Origin: Azolla caroliniana | Lineage: Eukaryota; Plantae; Polypodiophyta | Reading direction: 5' to 3' | Assembly: GCA_043228905.1 (NCBI GenBank) | Contig: JBHGNT010000012.1 | Location: 2,046,001 to 2,110,000, forward strand | Length of the DNA stretch: 64,000 nt | Shown: one piece after another, positions 55,301 through 64,000 of the stretch | Layout of the letters: each line of letters starts with the position of its first letter | Position numbering within the stretch: the stretch's first letter is position 1 | Made by a program: the position numbers and the translations under genes | The notes under the pieces: model-generated | Seen by the model: the letters and a program-made list of their open reading frames with translations, nothing else | What the model was told of the DNA's origin: nothing | The model's database searches: none

Positions 55301-56570
55301 TCCATGTAGAGTAGAACCACTCCACCTTATCAGAAATCCATCTATAAAATATGTCTTTGTCCCAAGTGGCATGAAACTACAATCGTTTGAGCTCCACCTG
55401 TTGTGTATTACCATTTACATTATCCAAAGAACCTTTGAGATTATTTACAATCTCTATCAAAATCTCAGAAATGATTTGGGCAAGTCTTTCAATCACATTT
55501 TGAAATTAATTTCAAATCATTTTTTATTCCATGCTCCAACCACGCATTTGCATCTAAATGCTACGACTTTGACACAATGTTGAAGGGGCTTCAAAGAGTA
55601 TTTTCTTTTTTTGGAAAAAAGAACTTGTAACCCATACATCAACACTAAAACTACAACCTCAATATTACAAAGCACAAGCTTTTCGATTTTAGACATAAAA
55701 TTTGGGGATATAACAAAAACTTGGGACCTTCAAAGTCTATCAACTTCCACTGGCCATTCAGCAAATTTGCCATTTTCAAGCGCTAGAGAGACTTTGCCTA
55801 TAGATAAGCCAAGTATTGGGTTAATTGGTATGTGGGTCTTTCAAGGTCCTTCATATTGATACAAAATAATAGCTATGTTATGCTACATACTAGGTATGAT
55901 CTGAATTATAAGTCTCAATATCCATCATTACATCATCCCATACGTTTCATGTTTAAATGGAATAGACTTAGATTACCATCAGATGGGGGATTATTTTAAG
56001 AGCATTAAAAAATGAAAAAATGAAAATTGAGACAGGATTCAGAGAAATTATGATATTTATCTCGATTAAATGGTATCTTCAGTACACGAAGAAAACAAAT
56101 GTAATGGCAGTGAGCAATTGCAAGTCTGCCAGAGATCGAATCTCATCATAACTATCGGTACCAAAAACTGAGCAAGATGAAATGTTCCATTGAGAAAATC
56201 CTATTACTGTGTGCTACAGACTTTCGTAGCATTAATGTTGACCCATAATGTTGTAGCATAATCCTATTACTCTGATCCAAAATCTTGATAGAGTATTGGC
56301 ATGCTAACAACTTTTGGAAACTTAAATAATCATGAGGACATCCACTTTACAATTTTTTTCACCTGTGTATTTGGCAAATGTCTTTCGATGACAAGCTAAT
56401 AATTACACAAGATCCTTCACGTTTGTATTGACAAAACATAGTCAGCCAAAATGCTGATATGATCTGGCTCTTTTATAAAGCCTTTGAGCATGCTCTTTTC
56501 TAGCGTATTCGCCATTTTCACCTTTGTTAAGGAAATACAGCTATATCGCATAAATCTAGCTCTATGTAAA

Positions 56571-59500
56571 TCACAGGTTCAAACCTGCCAATATTGAGGC
56601 CACCTCACTAGCATCAGGGTTTGATTGTGACTCCTTTTTAGCCATTTGAAGATCCTTAAGGGCTTGAAGCTCCTTCTTGACTAGTTTAAGATCCTTCCTC
56701 GGCTTCTCATTGTCATGTTCAACTCTCGTAGATTCTTTATTAGTCAATGATGTGGCATCCTTGCTATTTTCCACAGAGCTTACATGTTCAAGATTCTCTA
56801 GCTGATTCGTGAGATCTTCTAGTTTTCTCCTCAAGTTCTCACCTTTGTCAGGAAGCCTAGAGATGAGTGACTGCAAAATTAACAAACAGAAACGAATGTA
56901 CATGAGATGTATTCTTCATTGTCAAAACAATGAGGTAGATATTTTGAAATGTCACCATGTCTTCCAAAGTGCGCGAAAGGCGTGCAATGTGCGCACAAAC
57001 TTCCAATCGCTGCTTCTCTAATAGTGATTCCTTGGACTCGGTCATTGCAGTTTTTTGTTCATTAATTCTGCACAACAATGAGAGCATTCTCCTTGTCAAT
57101 GAGAAGAAAAAATATTCAAACCGCGTTATTATCGAGCTTGGGTTACCTGTTCCATTCATGTGGAGGATGGCTTTCTAAACCAGCTCGATTTTCTGACGTC
57201 CCATATCGCCAACTATTGTACAACAAGGTTAGCATCCAGTCACAATCATTACTTGCTGTAATGAAATGAGGTACATAACAATAGAAAATGAAAATGTTAC
57301 ATACTGAGCATCCCAGTTCAACAAGCCATCTTTCTCAGTTGTATCTACATCTGGCGCTTGCTTTGAGAACAGGAGATCATGATGGCTAACTCCAGCAATA
57401 TTTAGAGTTTCCAAAAACTTGATATGATCTCTTAATTCTTCATCTCTGATATAAATATTATGATATTTGAAATGCCTTATAAATGATAAACCTCCAATCA
57501 AGATTTGCGATAGTGATCTTGATTACCTCACATATTGAGTGCTGTGTTCTTCATGGAGTTGCTGCTGTGTGACGGAAATATCAAAACCGGTCTTTGGAAG
57601 TGTCAACAACTCTTTAAGTTCCTGTATTGTATTATAATGCAAGTGTTAAATATATATATACCTTCATAAGATAAAACTCAGAGACAAGCTTAGGAATTCC
57701 AGATTGAAGAAAATACAAATAGCTACACATAAACCTGATTAGAAAAGTAGCGAAATTGCTCCTTCGACTCTGTTGCAACTTTGGATAGACCCCCTTTGAA
57801 GACCTGATTGGAAGTAAAGAATGCAATAAAATATTAGTGGACACATTATGATAAACTATTACATCATTACAACAATACAATCCGGAAACAAACAACAACA
57901 CTGCTAGGACATTTAATTTTTACTTGTTTCCTGTATATCTTTTCCTCAATCGTCCCACTAGTCATTAGCCGATAGATGATCACATCTCGCTTTTGTCCTA
58001 TTCGGTATGCCCTATCAACACTTTGGTTATCCGTGCTGTCATAATATGGAATGTCAGTATAGTGCACACCACGCACACGAAGTCTCTATTTTATTATAAT
58101 TTACATATACTGCGCACAAACCTAGGGTTCCATGCTGGATCAACAATAATAACTCGATCCGCTGCTGTTAAGGTGAGCCCAAGCCCACCAACTTTTGATG
58201 TCAATAGGAAGATGGGGATGGAAGAACTGTTTTGAAATTCCTGAACGAGGGAAATATGAACAAAAATGCAAAAGAAAACATAAAATGATTGGAATAAATT
58301 AAACCCAATAATAAATGATACCTGAACATATTTTTCCCTATCAGATGCTTTCATGGTTCCATCTATGCGACGAAATCCATAGTGTCTGCGTCCAACTTCA
58401 TTCTATACATGGTTGCATGAAACAAATTAGCCAACACGTGACATCTTATGTCAGATTGGAAAAGGAAACCAAAGAGAAAGGCTGTATAACACCTGGATAA
58501 TGTCCAACATCTTTCGTGTCTGAGCAAACACAAGTGTTCGATGCCCATCATCAACAAGCCTTTCCTGAGTATACATGTAGAAATATTTCAGCATTCAAAG
58601 ACACACATGATTTCTTATGTAATTATTCACACTCTCTAACAATTTTCATGTATCTTACCAACAAAGTCATAATGAATGCAATCTTGCATGATAATACATC
58701 ATGTGATTCCGTATCACCATTGTTGTCCAAAAACTTTGCAATTGATGCACTCATGGCCTCAGCCGCTGCTGAATCTTCAGCAGTCAACATTGTCTCCATG
58801 CCTTCAGCAATATCATCCGCTGCACGTTGTGTCAATAGACATGGATGGTCACAGATATTTTTTAGCACCTAATACAAGACCAAAATATCAAGATTCCTTC
58901 CTGCCCTCCAATGAATTATTTTCAGTTACATGCAAGATGCTATTTTAAGAACTTGCCGTCAATGCTGCTAATGCTGACCCTTCAAGTGATTGATGGACGC
59001 TTTTACTCTCAAGAAAAGCTTTGTACAATTCCCTCTGCATTAATTAATAAAGAAAATTCATTATCAGTCCTAGAAAACAAGTTTTATAAATTTTGTTAAT
59101 TGTCAAAATTTCGACCTGTTGTTTTGAAAGGCGAAGCCAAACTATGATATCAGTCTTCTTAGAGAGTTTACATTCTTCCGTGTTCTCAGAACATGGGAAA
59201 ACATCGCTTTTCATGCGCCGTAGAAAGAAAGGAGCGATACGTTTTCGCAACTCCTGATTCAAAAAGAAAAATAAACACTTTAGCACCAAGATATAAAGTA
59301 TGATGATACATCAGCTGAAGATAAGAATTTATTGATATCTATATGTTATTTTCTCCTTTTATCGATGGTACTGATATAGATGTCAGAGAGAACAGCTTGA
59401 TATAAATAATCATTGCCTTACTAAAGCACTGAATGAATTGATCCCAATTTAAAATAAAAAACATGCACAAAATACTTCATTTAACAATCCACCCAGTTTC

Positions 59501-62500
59501 AGCTTCTGGTTGAGTTAATTGTTTTAATTCTATCCATCTATCCTTGGTTACCACTAGCTGCAGTAATGAGCTGTCATATGTTCAACCTAATTTCAGTTCA
59601 TGTCCTGGCCTTAAACTTCCATGCACATTGTTGCTTGATTTTGTCTATTTCCTCTGCCTATTTGTTCACACACATTTCAGTTTCAGTTTGCATATCTCCG
59701 TTCTCTCAATTTCTCACTTTGGCCACCACCAATGTCGAGGTATCAAAGTATAGGTTTTGAAGTTCCTGAGATTAAGGTTCATGACAATCTCTTGCCGATG
59801 ATGGAAGTTAACCTGTGGGGAATTGTCTTTCATACAGAATGACCCTAACAAACTATTATTCCAAAGCAATTAGGTTGACAGATAATCTAAAAGTTGACCA
59901 TTGGCACAATCAACTAATTTGTAGCGTTGGTTGATTAATACCACAAAATATAATCAAGCCAAAAAGGGTAAGAAGCAGTTAGATGAAGTTCTATTTGCTG
60001 CTATGATGTAGATTTGCATTCCAGATCTATGTGGTGAATTTCCAAAGAGTTGCTCACGGGCCACTAGCATGAGACCTACGGAAATATACTGTTTATCAAA
60101 TTGCATTTTCAGTGACAAATATTTCCCATGACATTAAAACAGTGGTTGGATGTTACTCCAATCTCACATTTCTTTTGATAACATCAACTATATCTTGGAG
60201 GCTCTAAATGTTCTGCACTCTCTTGCCCATAGAAAGCACAGTTCCATAGGTGTTAAGAATGGACATGCTACATATTATAGCCTGGTTATTTGAAGGATGT
60301 GTTTAGAAAGTAGATTACAAGATATTATAGACAGGTTATTTGAACATGTTGACAGTATGCATTCAATGAAATTTAGAAGAATTCTCAAGAAACCTTGATT
60401 TAAAAAGGGTATTTAATTTTAGAATACTATCTAATATCTATATTTTGCATCCAGAGAAATGATAGACGAATCCCTCAATTCAATGTGGACTCTGGATATA
60501 CGAATTTTAAAACTGTCTCCAGTATTGCACAAATTGTTTTCCTAAAGCACTACCACTGCAAAGTCTTGGTAAATGCAGGGAAAATCCAAGGGATATTTAT
60601 ACCCAGAATATTAATACATACCTGAGCAACTGCAGACCCAACTCGTTTTTGTCTGTCTGTAGAGTCTTTGCTGTTTGCAATTAAAATTGTATCTTCATAG
60701 CGAGCTTTAAATCTGCATTATCAGACAGTCTTCAGAGAGGTAACAGGGAATATAAAAAAGAAATTTGCAAGAAGAAATATCCTTCTCAATAAAGATCTAT
60801 ATTAAAACAAAAGCATCATGTTAAGATGGGAAATATATAATAATAAAAATTTATTCATAAAAGATAGAACCAATTTAAAAACCTTTCTATATGTTGCCAC
60901 AAAAGATTACATATCAAAATATAAATAAAACCACTATAACTGATAAACCCAAATTCTATACAAAACACAGGATCCAAAAATATAGTACAATTTCAGCCAA
61001 AACATTATTGAACTGATAAGCTTGAACTCAGAGGTAAACAAACATAGTACATGCAGCATAACATTTAAGTTGGAGAGATGGAAGTCAATATGAAGGAACT
61101 TAAAGTGTGCATAAAAACATTGATTCCTCTTTTCATAGAAGTGTTTCACAATTAAAACAAACGTCCACAGGTTAGAGTTATAATAAAGCTCACTCTTTTT
61201 TGTCACCCAGTAGCTTTGGGCAACAGAAATCAAATAAGGCCCACATCTCCTGTATCATAATTGGGCAAAATGTTAGACTTAGAGAAGTTTATCAAAGGCC
61301 ACGAATGTTTCTGGAAAGCATTTTACCCTCAGGTTATTTTGTATTGGAGTACCACTGAGGACAACCCGGTGTGCACAAGGAACTTCCCTTAAACTTTTCG
61401 CACGTTGAGTAGATGGATTTTTGATTAAATGTCCCTGTAAAACAGTCAATTAACAATATCTTCTTAGAAATGGATATTTTTATAACTTTCTGAGGTCATT
61501 AAAATTCACAGTGAAGAGAACAACTATTAAAATCTTGTATGGTTTCCCAGTGCTTGAAAGACAAGGGTGCAAATATCAGCTTATTTCTAGGCAAGAAAAA
61601 AATACAGTACCAAGTTTATTGCATGAATCAATGAAGTCAACAATTCTGTTGCTGAATTATCACAATACTTGACGCACTGCCTTAGCAATTACATACTAGC
61701 TACAAAAAATTTCAAAGCATATTCAACCCTAAATACATGAACAGTGAAAGCATGTGGCATCTTCACTTGTTCTTATAAGCTTGGCCCATTAATATACACA
61801 ATATGGGTACTCGGCTATTTTCACCCAAGTTTTCATTGTTTTGGAATATGGTAAGCTTGTTCTAAATTTTTCAGCTGATTTTTGGTTTCTTCTGAAGTTG
61901 GCATCCCACTAAGACAAACTAAATAAAATTAATGAAAAATAAACAAAGGCACATTGATATAGGAACATTTCATTCATACTTTCCATGTAAAATCAGTTCC
62001 AAAAGTAATGGTTATCAACTTCATGTCTACCAGCACCACCAATTTCTACCATTTCTATTCAGGTATTGTTTAAGGCTCTTTTATAAAGGAACAAATCATT
62101 CCAATTGAGAGGACTAAAAAATAGAAACCACCAAAGCATACCTCATCCAGCACCATGTAATCCCAAGTTGTAATATCATCACTCGTGTCTCCAAACCCAT
62201 CTCTCCCATGAAAGTCTCCTCTCAAAGCTTGCCAATTATTGCGGACCACATCATATGTTGTCAGCAAAATTCCACCACACTGCAGATGGTATGGATGCGA
62301 CATAATAGTCATTCGCGACCATTAACAATCTTTAATCCCTGAAATGTGAACATTATCCTACCTGTAAAATGTGCTGAAGGGCATAACCACGCTGACTTGC
62401 TGAAGTTCCTGAATAGCTGGTTAATGAATCCAATTGATAGCAATACATCTCTATATTAGCTATAATTATTGTCTGCTGATGAAACTAGACCTTATATTCT

Positions 62501-63434
62501 CTGAATATGGGAATACTTACTCTCTAGTCTTTTTCCCAAGACCAACAAAAGTTAACTCTTTTGACCAATGTGCAATCAATGTCTTGGGCGCAACAATCAA
62601 GGCCCGTTTGATCAAGTCCGATGCAAATAAGCCAAGAAGAAATGAGGCCATCTGCATTGAGGAACTCAACGAAAATGCTCATGAGAACTTATCAAACTCT
62701 CGCAAGCCAATATTTACTAGTTTCAAGAAATAATATTGCACAGATGAACTAGTTCAGATATACCTGCATTGTTTTTCCAAGACCCATGTCATCACCCAAG
62801 ATGCCACCCATTCCTTTGATATGCAATCCCCACAACCATTTTATTCCCTCAAGTTGGTGAGGAAATAAGATCTTTGCTACTTTTGGAGGTAACTTAAAAG
62901 TCATATTACCATGTACAAAAGTGACACTAGTTCCATCACCCCCATTTTCCTTCTCATTTGCACCAGTATCCCAGGAAACCTCTGTTGACTGCCCTGTTGC
63001 GACCATCTTTGTATTAACAATTCCATAGTTCCCCGATGTTGAGTGTTTACTATAAGAAACTGCCTCAAAATCATCATCTTTATCAGAGCACTTGCTAGTG
63101 TCAGTGTCAACTTCATCATTATCCAAATCAGTAACTTCATAGCTTGCTTTGACTGTTCTCATCCCAAACTTGCTTACTTCATCCAAGACAGAAAAACTGT
63201 CCAAAATCTTTGATTTCTGCCTTTGTGAACCTATTAATTTTGGGTCATTAACTAAGGCAATATTGGTGTGGTTATTTCCAATAGACATTTTGTCTAAGCT
63301 ATCAACTAAGCTTTCTGTTAAATGAGCATTGCTTGAATCTTCAGAATCATGCCATTCTTCAAGATCATTTCTGAATCCATAGGTAGACTCGGGTGGTGCC
63401 ATACTTGATCCAGATTTATGCAATCTCCGCTTAC
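56571..63434 (-). CDS. CHR24: SNF2-family helicase, CHR24/ERCC6L(PICH)-like; 5' end probably outside the window
   Basis: Exons include 63434-62764 (LFPHQLEG...GDDMGLGKT), 62651-62521, 62416-62362, 62279-62142 (YMVLDE), 61434-61327 (GHLIKN...SGTPIQNNL), 61248-61194, 60712-60622, 59253-59116 (FLRRMK), 59034-58957, 58868-58659, 58564-58493, 58402-58322, 58240-58122, 58035-57924 ([11 protein letters not shown]), 57803-57735, 57621-57527, 57445-57304. 3' exons down to 56571 are less certain. Confidence 0.88.
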
Positions 63435-64000
63435 CTGATAAAGTGTGTATATTCCAAGAATTATTTATTAAAAATAAAAAGTACATTCCATACATTGATC
63501 ATTGCATCCTCATTGCTTGAAAACAAACAAGAATGCAAAGTGTTAACTCGCACCATCAAGACTAAAACATACATTGCCAAATTGATTTATTGTTTCCTTC
63601 TTTTCATACCAAATTACAGGTGTTTCAGAAAACTAGATGAAAGAAAAATGATAATGCATATTGCCTTATGATCGCCATCAAATAACAAGCAAGCATTACA
63701 GAGCAGCCTTCTAGTTTCCTTCTTTTCATTCTATATTACAGATATTTTGATGAAAACTAACACGAATTACGCCACAAACATCAACATATTTTCTGCTTCT
63801 TTCTTTTTCATTGTGCATTATCTATCCTACATTCAACGAGAATCAAGCCACAAAAACAAACATCACGAAACAAATGTTTGCTTTTTTCTCTTTGTTCTAC
63901 TGATATATCCCCAAGTGAGCGAGCATCGGTCACAAATAAACATCACCAAATAAATTTGTGCTTTTTTCATCTTCATTCTCCATTATATATGTGAAGATGA

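Noticed and set aside
52400-55900. Intergenic region with hints of decayed transposon coding sequence
   Set aside because: No assignable domain, TIR or TSD by eye
59560-59830. Possible extra or duplicated exon within a CHR24 intron
   Set aside because: In-frame stops, and the flanking exons already join in frame without it

Overview
Eukaryotic nuclear DNA from a land plant; an axonemal SAXO-like gene and RTE-X LINEs suggest a non-seed plant with flagellated sperm, possibly a fern (inference). Host genes: complex I subunit NDUFB3 (+, 281-487), a short SAXO/FAM154-like ORF (+, 5379-5804), katanin p60 (+, 24094-28759, 7 coding exons, one GC-AG intron), a two-RRM RBPMS/Scw1-like protein (+, 31766-38646, last intron is a U12 AT-AC intron), EF-hand lysophospholipid acyltransferase LPEAT2 (-, 51208-41408) and a 5'-incomplete SNF2 helicase of the CHR24/ERCC6L type (-, 63434-56571, one GC-AG intron). 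About 6.5-22.4 kb is a nested retrotransposon pile: a decayed Copia split by an LTR with a tRNA-Trp PBS and by a solo LTR, an RTE-X 3' half, an L1 fragment, and a near-complete RTE-X split by two young non-autonomous LTR elements with 5-bp TSDs. One of these is a gag-only Copia whose gag carries a (TTTAGGG)2 patch; the other is non-coding with a tRNA-Arg-type PBS. Two hAT MITEs of one family flank katanin in inverted orientation. All family calls are by motif recognition from memory and exon boundaries were read by eye; no searches were run.
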